A stretch of 64,000 bases of DNA from Octopus vulgaris (lineage: Eukaryota), in the NCBI GenBank assembly GCA_951406725.2, contig OX597820.1, positions 127,968,001 through 128,032,000 of the forward strand, written 5' to 3'. Each line of letters begins with the position of its first letter. Position 1 is the stretch's first letter. Below, piece after piece: positions 1 to 14,440 of this stretch. The notes under the pieces were generated by a model. It was given only the letters and a program-made list of their open reading frames with translations. It ran no database searches and had not been told where the DNA came from. The position numbers were made by a program, and so were the translations under genes.

Positions 1-125
1 TAGGCCATTGCGCCTCCACTGTTGTTGTTGCTGTTGTTGTTGTTGTCGTAGTGGTGGGGGTTGTGATTGTTGTTATTGCGCGAAATGCTGCTGGAAAGCC
101 ATATACATCTGCTAGGAACCGAATG

Positions 126-1145
126 TCACGCGCCCGTCCCGATGTAGTAAAGACCTGATAGAGGTTTTGTTGCCATGTCGCATCTCCACCGTTCTGACTC
201 ATCGGACAGCTGTAGTTCCTTCGTGCTCGAGTGCACGGGTCTCAGCTCTGACAACGTAGTCTTCGTGCTCGCTTCGAAGAAATGGTCAAGGGCCATATTC
301 GCCCCTAGCACGTCGGTCGTGATGCCATTACTAATCGCTGCTTCTAGTTTGTTAACTAGTTCTTCCTCTAATCTATTTCTATCGCTAACTCTTTGCTAAA
401 CGCTATCGATTCTAACTTAATCGCCCCCTTCAAGGCAATCCGCTGCCAGTTGTTGACGATCGCCCCCATCAACTGCCACTTAACTAGCTCACTAACCTGG
501 TCCCTGTAGTCTTTGTGTTCCGGAAAGTACGCGTTCAACTTCCAGTAACCGGATCCCTTTCTACAAGTCCTATCTAAATATACTGTGCAGATCACAAATT
601 TGTGATCTGTGTAACCGACCAATTTTGAATTATGAAAAACCTACGCTATCCTTATCCGGTGACCAAACAAATACTCTATCTAAATACGATCTGGATCACT
701 CTTGTGGTTGCTCCATGTCCATATTGTCACACCAAGGAAACCCAATCGATACCTGTCAAATAACTGGAAGTCTTTGAGCAGATTTCCCAGGCTATTTGTA
801 CACACACCCTTCTGCTATGTACTACCCTCTCATAGTCCTTTCCTGCGTCAAAAATATTATCCCAGTCCCCCACTAGTACTAAAGTGCGTGACATTTTCAG
901 GAATGCTTCTAGACGCCTGAAGAAATCTTACTGTCAAGCCCCTCACGGGGCATAAACGGCCATTACTCTAAAGGTGCCATCTCCTCTGCCATTCACATCT
1001 AGAACCATCAACCTACAGTTCCGGTTCCAAAAATATTGTTCGTACTTTGAAACCCAAGAATTTTCGGAATAACACTGCTGCATCGCCACCCGCTCCCGAT
1101 AGACCGCAAGATGAGAATATCTCGTAGTCTTTGAAAATGGATGCT
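126..1145 (-). pseudogene. Degenerate L1/Tx1-clade LINE ORF2 fragment (APE endonuclease and linker)
   Basis: Minus-strand translation gives RLMVLDVNG..FRVMAVYAP (~945-1015), YTDHKFV (SDH-like motif) and GSGYWKLN (ORF 368..622). It is collinear with the copy at 61.6-62.1 kb and has many stops and frameshifts. Confidence 0.85.
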
Positions 1146-1189
1146 AACCATTTAGATTAAAGAAAAGAAAAGGAAATTATTTACCTTCA

Positions 1190-3478
1190 TCTTCTTGGCT
1201 GATTCTTGAAACAGCTTGCCCTTTGACTGAGGGAGAAGGGTTTTTCTAGGAAGCGTTTTTTGGAGATACGATACCCTCCAATTTCCTGGAGGAATTTCTG
1301 TTTTGAATCCAGATACGTATTCATATCGGTTTGAGTTAACACTCTGTCCGGTGGTGTTTTCGGGAGGAGTTCAGTAAAATCTTCCCCACTTGTCAGAATG
1401 TTTTATTGTTAATCACTTCATCAATCAAATCAGTGTTGCTCTTCTGAACACCAGAAAAATCGATAACGGAACCAAGTACAGGAGTGTGTGACTGTTGGTC
1501 ATTTTGTTGTTCGGCTGTTAAAATAAATTTGTTCAGGAATCCCAGTTCAGAAGAGTTAACAGACTTTGAAAAGGAATTTCGCACTCTTGAAGTTATGGAA
1601 ATTCTAACTCCATAATTTATGAAAGTTTCAAGAAGGCAGCATCGACATCTAAATAAACAAAGTGATCTAATTACAATGTTCTTATAAATGACAACGTTTA
1701 GACTCTTTTTCGTCCAACTCCCTATCTTATAGCCATATATATTGATATGCCTGAAGCAAAGATAATTTTCCTTTCATTTGATACTGGTTCAGATGAAGGC
1801 TCAAGGCGATTATGCGGGACAAATATAAATAATGTCTTTAGTTCGAGTCCATATGAATCTCCAAAATAGCAGATCCATTTTCCAATATTGTGTGGTGTTT
1901 ATAGTGAAGGGAATTAATGGCATAATTACCTATCAGGACGACATAATCATCTTTGCCGGAGCCGATAATAAATGTAGTTATTACTTGACTGGAAGTAACT
2001 AATGTATTAATGTATGTAAGCAAATGCATTAATCTTCAGTTTGCATAGATTTCTTCAAAAGGAATGTTACAAAGGATAGGATTAAAGCATCATATAGACT
2101 AATAGATAAAATACAATGGATTACTGCTTCTAAATCTAAAGATAGAATTAATAAATGTTTGAGGTTGATAAAGTATTTTCACCAGTTTATACCAAAATTT
2201 GCAGACATAGTTGAGCTTTTTATTGTATAAAAAAGAGATGCCTTTTCTCGAGGAATGCACCAACAACATGGCGCCAAGTAAACAAAAGAACTTACTCAAT
2301 GTCCTGCTTTGGCAATAATGTCTACTAAATGTGAAATAACTCACACGGTTAATGATTCTGGATTCGCTGTAGCAGGAATAATGTCTCGAAATGGAAAGTC
2401 CACGGCATAATTTAATAACATTCTTGGTAGTTCGCGGTGAAACTGGAGCAATAATTTAAACTAGGTTTGTCTGGTAGTATGGGCAGACGAAACATTAAGT
2501 TATTTTTATTGGGGAGATCTTTCATACTGGAAACTGATTATCGGTTCTTGCAATTCCAATTTTTGTTTTCTTGTCTTTGGATTTGCTTTGGGGATTTGTT
2601 TTTCTTTTTGGGTTTTTTTTATAGTTAACATTTCCAGATGACAGCCCTCCTCATGGTATCTCTTTATTATTTCCACATCATTGGCATACCTGGTAAAACA
2701 GTCAGTTATGCTAGCGCTCTAAACAGAATAAAGTTCGATACTAATCAGCTTGACACAATGTTCTGCTCTTTACCAAGGCTTTACAGTTTAACGTAATTAC
2801 GAATTAATTTTTGCTGATGTTCAGACATTTGAAAGCTTCAGAGGACATTGAAATATATGTAAATCTTCCTATCATTGCAGAAAGATTGCTCTTCTAGAAA
2901 GACAATAGCCAGACATTCTTCTGAATGACTATAAAGAATAATCAGATCTTAAATTAATTAAGGCTCTCTATTCCTGAACCTTATCGCGTAAAAGTGCTTT
3001 CCGAAGATCACGATGTGTGCATGGGTACGCAAAACGCATAGGGTTTACGAAAACGTAAGGGTTTGTGAAGGATTAATTTACGTAAAGATATTGAATAAAT
3101 TTCTCAAAACTTTGTAAAGTGTTCTAAAATCTGATGTAAATACGTCTTGGTTAAATATTTTATCCAAATCTCAGCCTTAGAAAAGATTACATATGATGGA
3201 AATGCGCTAATTAAAGTTAAAGCAAGAACTGTTTGGACTTAATCTTTTTATTATGAAATATAAGGAAACGTCTTTTCTCCATTTTCTTTTCTGTATTGGG
3301 TATTTTAATGACCGGAATTGTAGACAACAGGTCAGAATTCATTCAATTAAAAAATTAGCTAAACTTATATTGTTGAAAGAAAATTGTAAGTTATACCTAC
3401 CTAGAGTCAAAATCTAATAGTGCAACAGACAGGCAAGAAGTGCAGTGCAGACAAATTAAGAATAGTAGTAGTAGTAGC

Positions 3479-3528
<50 letters not shown>

Positions 3529-3615
3529 CGGCAGTAGTCGTAATAGTAGTAGTAGTAGTAGTAGCAACAGCAGCAGCAGCAGTAGTCGTAATAGTAGTAG
3601 TAGTAGTAGTAGCAA

Positions 3616-3680
<65 letters not shown>

Positions 3681-4390
3681 AACCCTGATTAGGGGTTAGA
3701 CAAATGACTTATTACAAAAGCAATATGACACTTTTTGTATTACATCTAATCTCTATTGGCTCAAACATCGCCTGTGCCAACCGTCAAGATGGAACAGCTC
3801 AGTTAGTATCAGATGAACAAATAACTTCAGAATATACTTCCCGAAGCACATCCGCTAAATATGTCCATAGAAGAAAGTAGCAGCCATTATGAAGCAGCTA
3901 AATTTGTTCAATTTATGACTATTAAAAATTATGAAGCTGAAGCAAACAAATGTTATCAATAGACCTACATTACTACTTTTTACATTTCCTATAAAGCCAC
4001 CGATTTATCATTCATGCCTTTCAGTAATGTTTCCAGCAAGTCAACATCAATTTCTCTTACTATTACTGCTGGTAATATTCAATCTCCAAAGTCTCCAATA
4101 CTGCCGATATCACTAAATCATGTTATATCCTCATAGCAACTTAATGAGTTGTGCAACAACACTACGTAGGAGTTAGAAAATCTCTAAGGGAATTCAGTAA
4201 CGAAAGGATATAATGACTAACTGATTTATCTTTTGTGGTTGGAATTATGTTGCGTTTATAGTATTTTAAATAAATACTTATTTTGTTCTCTATTCTATTA
4301 TTAATATATAAAAGAACGCGCAATAAAAGATAGTCGTGAATAAATCTTCTTTGCTGTTTCTAACTGCAGAACAGTTTCTGTGTACCACTT
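1190..4390 (+). mobile_element. Highly decayed Ty3/gypsy LTR retrotransposon remnant, interrupted by an (AGT/AGC)n tract
   Basis: Motifs occur in gypsy order: FDTGSD protease (~1777), IKYFHQFIPKFADIVE thumb (~2160-2220), DSGFAVAGIMS and LGRSFILETDYR RNase H (~2350-2545), IPGKTVSYASALNR (~2690), IPEPYRVKVLSEDHDVCMG integrase Zn finger (~2970-3035), IVDNRSEF (~3320). A possible 3' LTR starts at TGT ~4248 and has TATATAAAAG (4305) and AATAAA (4322). Boundaries are approximate. Confidence 0.75.
3462..3680. repeat. (AGT)n/(AGC)n microsatellite
   Basis: Direct reading; it explains the poly-L/V/S ORFs here. Confidence 0.95.
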
Positions 4391-5009
4391 GGATAAAGTT
4401 GATAAACCACGATAGATAGTTAAAGCAAATATCTGGAGATTTGAAATTTACTCATATCACTGGATTCCTTGCACTATTCTGTACTGATTATTCTTTGAAT
4501 TTACTCGACTAAATTAAATTACGTACAATTGTGAATTCGTTTAATTATTCCAAACAAGATATATTCGCTTATAACAATTTATAAATGGATACAAAACTTG
4601 GACATAACTAAATTTGCATTAAAAGTGCAGGTGCTGACAAGGTTGAAAAATTGACAGTACACTACACAGCGTTTTAGTTAAAGTACAATGTCAACAGACA
4701 TGAAAATTAGCCAAGCTGCTATAATCAAACAAAGTGGAAACCCCAGATATTTTAACTCACTGTGAGATGTGATATGCGTGATGCTTAAATTTCCTCGATC
4801 TTTATCAAAGATAAAACCTGCAGAATAACCAGCTATTCACAGCGAGGCTACAATCTATGTATAGGAATAGTAAACTTTAAAGTACAAAAAATTACCTAAA
4901 GCAATACACATGAATGTGTGTGTCTGTGTGTGTATCTTTGTGTGTGTGTGTGTAGGTCTACGTGCGCGAATATATGTGCGTGTGCGCGTAAGCACTTTTG
5001 TGCTTATGT

Positions 5010-5015
5010 GTGGGA

Positions 5016-5059
<44 letters not shown>

Positions 5060-5323
5060 CGCAATTTAGATGCATCAAGAAATATAACACTACGTCTTTT
5101 CCTACGGAACTCATATCGAATAACAGCCTGCAATGTACCGGATAAATAAAAAGAGGGTTGCGAGCTGGCAGAATTGTTACAGCGCCTGATAAAATGCTCA
5201 GTAGCATTTCTTCCAACCTTACGTTCTGAATTCAAATGCTGCGACGCTGACTATATATATATATATGTGAATATGTGTGTGTATGTGTACATATGTGTAT
5301 GTGTGTATATATATGTGTGTATG

Positions 5324-5398
<75 letters not shown>

Positions 5399-5467
5399 AA
5401 GTGTGTGTATATATGTATATGTAAGTGTGTGAGTGTGTATGAGTATGTATGTATGTTTGCACACATG

Positions 5468-5524
<57 letters not shown>

Positions 5525-5656
5525 GTATGTGTATATATATGTGTATGTATGTGTGTATGTATATGTATGTGTGTGTGAGTATATATGTATGTGTGTGTGT
5601 GTGAGTATATGTATATGTATGTGTATGTATGTATGTGTATATGTATATATATGTAC

Positions 5657-5736
<80 letters not shown>

Positions 5737-5870
5737 ATGTGTATATATGCGTGTATGTATGTGTATGTATGTATATATGTGTGTGTATGTGTATGTGTAT
5801 ATGTACATATACGTGTACGCTCGTGTGTTTAGGTGTATGTAGGTACGTAGAGTTATGTATGTGTGTATAT
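5010..5870. repeat. (GA)n, partial family A SINE head (~5157-5250) and compound (TA)n/(TG)n microsatellites
   Basis: Direct reading; gcgagctggcagaattgtt...ttctgaattcaaat matches the family A head. Confidence 0.85.
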
Positions 5871-6165
5871 TGACATACTATACATGGCTAATATAGGTAA
5901 AATGAGACATAATTATCTGCATGGCCGAAACAGCTGTAAGATATAGTGTATATTTATATTTATATCTATTTATATTTATTTATTTATATCCTCTTATAAT
6001 GATTGTACCTATTGTATTGTATTACTCATTCATGTACGCTGTTTTTTTATATATTTTTATGTTTGACCTTAATGTTCGTATGTAGTGGTTTAATAAAGTA
6101 TGTGATTGGGTATTATCTGGTAGTTGATTAATGATTTAGATGTATTTCTCCATTTTCTTATTTTG

Positions 6166-6205
<40 letters not shown>

Positions 6206-7094
6206 CATATATATATATATATGCATACATACATACATACATACATACATACATACATACATACATACATACACATACGCACACATTTATGTGTGTAAAG
6301 GTTAAAATTTTATTGACAATTTTTTACCAGTAAAGCATTTTAAAATAGTTTAATATATTTTATGAAATCTATTCCATAATTTTATAATGAATTTATATAA
6401 GATAATTTTTTAAAAAACTGATGTCTTAAAATGTCATTGGAAAAATCATTAAAATATTTTAAAGTATTTTAAAAGTTCTGTGCAGTATTCACTAAAATGA
6501 GTGCTTTTATTTCACTCTACTTGTATTTTATTATAATAATGTGAATCAAGTTGTTTCAGCAGAAAATACGTCAATATTTATTAAGGAACTAGTTAGACTT
6601 CAGTCAACCATCGCCCATTGCTATCCAGTTACTACGAGACTTAAGGCGCCTGAATTCTGAGACAATCCCTAAAGTTTCATTTTTTTCTTTTTGTGGGAGC
6701 GGAATCATTTTATGGATTAAAATGTCACTTTGTCTACTAGCATATACAATTTATATATATATATATATAAGAAAACAAAGAACAAGTAACCGGTGACTAC
6801 AACGTAACAAGAACGTAACAGGTGACAACAAAACATCCGGACAGTTAGACGACACAAAAAAGGACAGGAAAAAACAAGGACAGGTCATTCGGAGTTTTCT
6901 ATATTCAGTCGAGTTCCAGATTTTCTCAGCAGTTTTGGCTGGTTATATATTTAAGCACGAGTTTATCAGGAATGCTTGCATACCCATGCCCAGGGTTAAC
7001 ATAGGTAATTTACATCGATAGTAATAACGGATATTCTTATCCCTTAGACGATTATTCCAACCGCTAACTCTACTTATATATGTATATATATATA

Positions 7095-7265
7095 TATACA
7101 CGACGATCTTCTTTAAGTTTCTGTCTGCTAAATTCACTCTCAAAGCTTTGGTTGGCCCGAGGTTTAAGTGCCCAAGGTGCCACGCAGTGGGATTGAACTC
7201 GGAACCATGTGGTTGGGAAGAAAGCTCCTTGCCCCACAGCCACGCCTGCGCTATGGCCACGCCTA
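7095..7265 (-). mobile_element. tRNA-derived SINE family B, 5' part
   Basis: Reverse complement matches the head and central region of the full copy at 29411. Confidence 0.8.
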
Positions 7266-7297
7266 ATACATACATACATACATACATACATACATAA

Positions 7298-7416
<119 letters not shown>

Positions 7417-8904
7417 CACACACATTAATGTTTGTTTTTGTGTCGATTTATAATAAACCCAATTTAGCATTAAGGTAATTAATACAATTTGTAGCGTACA
7501 TATTTATTATCCTTTTTCAAGAAGAAGCTGACACTGTCTTCGGAGTTTCGACCTACGAGCCGTCGGTAGACTGTAGTGGAAGTTGTGTTACTCTTCTGAT
7601 TTCAGTCGGCGTGTAAAAATTTGTAAATTAGGTATACCTTCTTCAAGCATGTTAGATTGTTGTTTTAGGTTTCACGAAAGAAATTAAGTAAGGGAAAAGG
7701 CTAATTGGTCAGCGGATGTGCAACTAGTGTTTGATTGTTGTTGATGTTATTTAATTTGTATTTAGAAAATTTAACCTTTGTTTAAGGAAAGTAAGGATTG
7801 GGGTCTATTCTAGCGAATAGAGTTGTAACAATATAGGTCTAAATGTATTTATAATACACTTAGACCTATGCAGATAGGTCTAAATGATATGGGACATCAC
7901 AAAAATCCCTGTACAACAATTAAAAGAAAAGATAGCCACTTTTTTTAAAATCTTGAGTCATTTGATTTCCACGCTTGAAAAACTTGATTCTCTCACTGGG
8001 GAGTGGCAAGGTTAGAATGGAAGAAACAGGAAGTCTTACGACTGAAAACACACAGATCTGAGGCGAAGAATGCGGAGAAACAATGTATAGAGACAGACAT
8101 AAGCAAAGAAGGTGCTAGCGCAGAGGAAAGTTGAAAAAAAAAGACTGTTTTTAAGATACAACCTGATACAGGGCGCAGAGATAAATATGTACAGCTTGTG
8201 TGATACGCGCAGGAAAAAAGACATACGATGGAGTGGAGTGACGGAAATCGACAGAATTTGGCTGAAGAGTGAGAAAAGATCGTGAGAAAGGTGACGGGAG
8301 TAAGAAATAAGGAAAAGTAGACAGAAAGAAAATGATAGTGCAAGTAACATTGTGAGGAACAAATCTTTTATGATGAAAATACTTATTGCGCACAGTAGAA
8401 ATGAAAGTGCAAGTAAATGTAGAGTATGCGCATTATTATATCTATGCATGTTTGTATACATGCACATGTACCTGTGTACAACCATATCTATGCAAGGTAA
8501 CACTTATCAAGCGACGTTGACATTTTGACTGTTAAATGTGGTGTTACAAAGGCGAGTGTGTCTGATTCTTATCAAACTTTTTTTTTCTTAGTATAAATTT
8601 ATTTCCACTCGTTTCTGAAGTTATAAACTATTGCATTAATGCTCAATGCTCGATTTATCTGTTAAAATGATTCCACAGATGATGACGATGATGATGATGA
8701 CGATGATGATGATGACGATGATAATTAGTCATTGCGGATTGAAATTATCCATCCAACGTTTATAAATGCATGTATGCGTGTATATGTGTGTACGTATGTC
8801 ACATGTGTTTATATATGTATATACATATACATATATATATACATATATATTGTCTATATATATGTAGATGTGTTTGTAGATATATATGTATGTATGCATG
8901 TGTG

Positions 8905-8956
<52 letters not shown>

Positions 8957-9299
8957 TATACGTATATATACATACACACACACACACGCATATATACATA
9001 TATATATGTATGTATTATATATACTGTCTTTCACTAATAAACTGTTCAGTCTAGCGCTGTTCCTACTCAGCGAATATGGAGCAGGACTCATTAGCTACTT
9101 TTGTTTTGTTCTCGTTGCTGAAACAGCTAAAAGCTAATGAATTTATGTAATTCCAGTTCTTTTGCTATATATATGTGTGTGGTGTGTTTGCATCTGCACG
9201 TACACGCGTGAGTTTCTATGCCTCTATAGATATATATATACACACATATATACTCTTACTCTGTACTATGTATATATATATTTATACATATATACATAT

Positions 9300-10250
9300 G
9301 AGATTTTTTTTTATCTTAAGAAAGATATTAGCCAGTATTTTTCTGTTATTTCGTCGTATCATTCGTATCTTGATCCACCGGAAACGGTAACCAATTATAT
9401 AAACTGGGTTGCGTTATTCTTGCGAGTTAGTATCATGGAATAATTATTATTTACTGTCTGTCTCGTTTGTTGAAGGTGGTTGATAAAGCCTTTCGTGAGT
9501 TCGGTTTGCAGAAAGATGACCTGATGCAAAGCTAATGGGGTATTTTCACATCTGTTTACTTTGACTTCAATTTCCTTTTTCCGCTGATTTAAAGTTGTTC
9601 GTAGTTATTATGCAGACTTATATTCTATCGCTAGTATCAAATCTGTATGCAGCTATCTGTATTATTAGTTTCAAGGCCAGTAATTTCAGGGTAGGAGTTA
9701 GGTCGATTGTATGGACCCTGGTATTCAGCTAGTACTTATTTTATCGGTCCTCAAAAGGGATAAAAAGCAAGGTCGACCTCGGCAGAATTTGAACATAGAA
9801 CGTAAAGACGGATGAAATGCCGCCAAGCATTTTTTCCAGAGTGCTAACGATTCTGCCAGCTCGCCGCCTTTGCTGCCGCCTGCAATATTATGCCAGAGTT
9901 TGTATTGGCTGAAATTTGTAGTATCCAACACATATATTCCCGAATCTCTTATTAGATATCGTATTTGTTGGCATTTAAGTTGACATAGTATATTCTGTGA
10001 AACGTAGTGTAAATATTCAAATATCCTCACTCTCTTTCCAAATCCTGCGGCATGCACATGGAATTTTTGGTTCTCTAAAGTCGTCTTGGTGTATCAATCG
10101 AGCTACCTATTTTCGCGGTAAATTTTGGTCTGATAAATTCGAGTTGTCTGCCGGAAAATATACTACGTTTGTGTACGTTTATTTTAACACAACTGAGCTT
10201 TTGGAGTAATGTGACTTTAACAAAATCACTAAATATCTTAACTTGTTGAA
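9300..10250 (-). pseudogene. Possible decayed LINE ORF1 (I/Nimb-like), interrupted by a family A SINE at ~9690-9870
   Basis: Stop-riddled frame ...CACRRIWKESEDI*IFTLRF..MPTNTI..GNICVGYYKFQPIQ, followed by EKEIEVK. Only weak similarity to ORF1 text around the zinc knuckles. Confidence 0.3.
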
Positions 10251-10721
10251 GGTGCGTTGGGAGGTTAAGAGAGTAGTTGCGGAATGTAGTGGAAGCAGGG
10301 GAATTGAAGACAACCAAGTGTGAATCACAGAAAAGGATAGTGGAGCTTAAACAGCGAACGAGAAATGATATGGAGTTAAAAACTTTAATGAATGAAATTA
10401 ATATGTTATGACGGCAAAGAGGAGAAGGAGGAGCAGGAGGAAATGGAAGGCTTTAAATCATTGAGTAATTATTTAAAGGATTTCTTGGGTTAGGTATAAG
10501 AAAATGAAAAGATGGTTTTGTGTTATTTTAAATTTTGTTGTTACGAGTGGTGGCCACAGGGAAAGAGAAGTCGTACGAAATATTGGGATCCGGCTGTTTA
10601 CATAACATATTTCTTTTCTCATGAGTGTTCTTTTCATTTCGATATTGTTAAACTCCCATGGTGACAACTTGAGTAGTTGATTAGTTCAAGAAGCGCTTTG
10701 GCGACAGACTACCTGGCGTTG

Positions 10722-11035
10722 GCACTCATCGGTTACGACAACGAGTGTTCTAGATGATCCGATTAACAGAACAGCGGCTCATGAATTTAACCAGCAAGTG
10801 GCTGAGCACTCCACAAACACGCAAACCCTTGACGTAGTTCTCAAGGATATTCGGTGTGACATAGAATGCGACAAGGCAAGCCCTTTGAATTACAGGTACT
10901 ACTCACTTCTACCAGCTGAATGGACTGAAGCAACAGAAAATAAGTGTCTTACTTAAATAAACGACGCGCCGCCGGTGTGCGAACTCATGACTTTATGATC
11001 GTGAGCCAAATACCTTAAGTACGTAGCCACGCACA
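10722..11035 (-). mobile_element. tRNA-derived SINE family D, near full length
   Basis: A/B-box-like head (gtggctacgta..gagttcgcac). Homologous copies at 11570-11845(-), 27020-27205(+), 30640-30765(-), 34870-35118(-), 39090-39312(-) and 42783-43070(-). Confidence 0.85.
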
Positions 11036-11569
11036 TTCCGTCCACTAGCAACCAGATGCAATCCACTGACCCAGTGTTCCATGCATAGCTTATATTATGC
11101 TTTATGAGGATTGAGAATTGCCCAAAGAATGGTTTATCATAAGAGACGTAGTGTGGAGATCTAGGCATTATCAAATCTGTTTTATAAAGCCTGAAAATTC
11201 TGCTGATAGCTACAGTAGATGCGAAGAAAGTGAACTTAGTCAAAGTGTCAAAAATACAGAACTATAACGAGCTTGTACTTGGACACTGAAACAAATTGGA
11301 CAAACATGTTCATGGTGTTATTTTTCCTTTCTAATTTTGTTTCATTTTTTAATGTGGTCTGCGATGATGTGAAATATGCTGTTTTGTATTTTGTACTTTC
11401 TTACATTTACACGTATAATAGGAAGAAGGACGCTGAAATGAATGCTAGAATTGCAGGTTTTGGCATAGGCATGCGCCAACGTCAGCATTCGATTTTCAGA
11501 AGAAGAGATGCTAGTAAAGAAAATCATACCTGTTGTTTTCACTTCGGTTTTCGTGCATTCATGGTCTCT

Positions 11570-11845
11570 GATAACGGAACAACCTGCTCGTGAAATGAAC
11601 GTGCAAGTGGTGGAGCACTTCATAGAAACGCACATCCTTAACATAGTTCTCAGAGAGATTCAGCGTAACACAGAGTATGACAAGGCTGGCCCTTTGAAAT
11701 ACAGGTACAACTCATTTTTGCCAGCTGAGTGAACTAGAGCAACTTGAAATAAAATGCGTTGCTCAAGGACACAACGCGCTGCTGGGAATCGAACTCACGA
11801 CCTTACGATCATAAGCTGAGTATGCTAACCACTAAACTATGCATC
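11570..11845 (-). mobile_element. SINE family D copy
   Basis: Shares gagttcgattccc, ttgtgtccttgagcaa and caaagggccagccttgtca with the other copies. Confidence 0.85.
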
Positions 11846-12080
11846 TTGACACCTATGGTCATGAATGATGAGCTATTGTAAATATAATCAGCCAAATTAG
11901 GGTTCCTCTGAAGGATCTTTGTAGTAACGTTACTCGATTGAGTGTAGTCTCTCTCGATCGAGCTGGTACTCCTCTACATTGAAAGGTCACAAACCTAAGT
12001 AGAAACGAAAAATGAAACGAGTGGATAACATCCATAGTCTCAGTTGGTATCTACGGAATCCAGCTGGAAAGAATAATACC

Positions 12081-12315
12081 TATTTCTTTACTACCCACAA
12101 GGGGCTAAACACATAGAGGACAAACAAGGACAGATAAACGGATTAAGTCGATTATATCGACCCCAGTGCGTAACTGGTACTTAATTTATCGACTCCGAAA
12201 GGATAAAAGGCAAAGTCGACCTCGGCGGAATTTGAACTCACAACGTAACGGCAGACGAAATATCGCTATGCATTTCGCCCGGCGTGCTAACGTTTCTGCC
12301 AGCTCGCCGCCACCA
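12081..12315 (-). mobile_element. Full-length tRNA-derived SINE family A with 13-bp TSD
   Basis: Head GGCGGCGAGCTGGCAGAAACGTTAGC...GAGTTCAAATTCC. TSD aaagaataatacc at 12068-12080 and 12316-12328. Confidence 0.92.
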
Positions 12316-12847
12316 AAAGAATAATACCGTTTTCTTTTTAGAGGATCTCATGGAAGCGGTGCCTGAGACCTCTCTCCCCGCAAACCACCCGTGAACAGTA
12401 AGTGGAGAAAATGGAAAATCTTTGCTGTTTGATGTGGAGGGAATGCAGGTAATGACTGGTATGAAACGAAATACTTTTATTGTTTGTATATTAGTGTTGT
12501 TGAAGTTGAGACTTTTTAGAATTACTTGCATTGCTTTGTTTTCTCGATTCTTTGTGATGATGTGTGGGAAGGTTACAGACATTCTCAGATTGGAAATCTG
12601 GTATAACTGCTTGCAAGACAGCGAACCCCGTTAAAGGTACCCAGTGACCGGGTGAAAAGATAAGCATCAACCATCCACACCTCCTGCCATAAAAAGAAAA
12701 AAGGTGGGGAAAATCTACGATCAATAGAAAGAGTTGTATCAACATAAACAATTAAGAAAAATTGAAATCATACCATTGTTACTGATAGCAGCAGCAGCCG
12801 CAACAACAGCAGCAGCGGCGGCAGCAGCAGCAGCAGCAGCAGCAGCA

Positions 12848-12891
<44 letters not shown>

Positions 12892-13000
12892 AATGGCTAA
12901 TATTTTTATCTTTTGTGTATGGCATGTTTAAATTATTGAATTGCTGATAAGAACAAAAATACTACTATTTTTAGTTTATATCAATGTAGCCAAGTTACGA

Positions 13001-13060
<60 letters not shown>

Positions 13061-13291
13061 CCGGAATTAAGCCGGATTAGTTGCACTGTTATGTCTTGGC
13101 AGTAATGGTAAGGATATATTTCTAATGTCATTTGCATATACAAGGTAGTATGTTGTTTTATTCTTCTGTTTGGTGTCGTATGATGACAAGCTGTAATTTT
13201 AAAAGTAACTACGACAGAACGGATCCTTGCATTACACTGTTTGAAAAATTACTGATTCCAGATGTGTTAATATTGAACTCTACATCGGTTG

Positions 13292-13774
13292 ACATGTCAA
13301 GAAAACGAAGATCATGTCAACAGTAGCCACAACAAACATCACCACCAAGATCGATAATGAAGAGATCGAAGTTGTTGATGATTTCATCTTCCTTGGCTCC
13401 AAAATAAATCGAGATGGTAACTGCACTCCAGAAATAAGGCGGCGGATAGTACTGGGTAGAGAGGCATTGGTCAGCATTGGTCACCAATGGAGAAGTTCTT
13501 AACCAGATCAAGCCGAAACTGTCGCTGGAAGCTAGGATCACCAAGCATAGATTGGCATATTTTGGTCATATTATGCGGAGAAAATCCCTCGGAATGGTCA
13601 GTGGCAAGAGAGGAAGAGGCCGACCAAGAACCCGCTGGCTTGACACCATCAAGAGTGACACGGGAATGGCCATAGCCAATCTGAAAGAAGCGACCCAGGA
13701 TAGAACTGGCTGGAGGACATTGATCCATCGAGTAACCGAGAGTCGACTTCGACTGAACGGATAGAGAGAGAGAG
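13292..13774 (+). mobile_element. 5'-truncated RTE-clade (BovB-like) LINE 3' end with (GA)n tail and TSD
   Basis: Reads VKKTKIM..IEVVDDFIFLGSKINRDGNCTPEIRRRI, then RLAYFGHIMRR..GKRGRGRPRTRWLDTI..WRTLIHRVTESRLRLNG*. Near-perfect 10-bp TSD: acatcggttg (13282-13291) and acatcggctg (13775-13784). Confidence 0.92.
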
Positions 13775-14214
13775 ACATCGGCTGGGCGACCAAAGAAATA
13801 ATTTGTCAGTCATTATTTTGAGCTGTTATTAATGTTTGGTATTTTGATCATAAAGACTGAAAATAAAATCTCCATGTAGTTGGTTGATTTGCTCGACATA
13901 GCAGTGGAAATTTCGTCAAAATACACCCCTTTGTCTGAAGAAAAAGAAGACACATAGAAAAATCGATTGTTAAAAACTTACAATTTGAGTTCGTCCATCT
14001 AAGTACTATGTGATAAAAGATAAGTTACTAAGCTGTTGAAGATATTGAAGATAAATTTTTATGTTAAATATCTTATGTACTGAATTCAAATCTATCTGAT
14101 ATTTTTATTTCATTGGGGTTAATAAAATGAGTACCGGTCAAATTCATATATATACCCAATACTAACAAATTTGTGGTCTTTTATCAAAATCAGCCAACAT
14201 TACTGGAGATAATA

Positions 14215-14440
14215 TCGTTGTTGTTTCTCTGAGGGTCATACCTGAGTGAATAGACCAACGGATTAAAGACATTACGGTCGTGAGCAATAACACGTCCATC
14301 GTTTAGATATTGCATATCGTGGATTACACTGCCCAATGTATTTCTCCTTTTCTAATACGGTAAAGTGTAATCGTGAGCAACATTAGGCTCCTATTTCTTG
14401 GTGTCTGAGCCGTCAAGTTAAGACACCCCCCCTCCACACT
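14215..14440 (+). repeat. Old interspersed non-coding repeat family
   Basis: Diverged homologues at ~13870-13960(-), 15340-15565(+), 38800-39000(-) and 48705-48890(+) share gtcag..tgatcga..atgatcaaag and ctatttct motifs. Confidence 0.55.

Noticed and set aside
7525-7580. Minus-strand hammerhead-like remnant (ccgacgg..gtcgaaactccgaagac)
   Set aside because: Core box and cleavage triplet are too degenerate to call.
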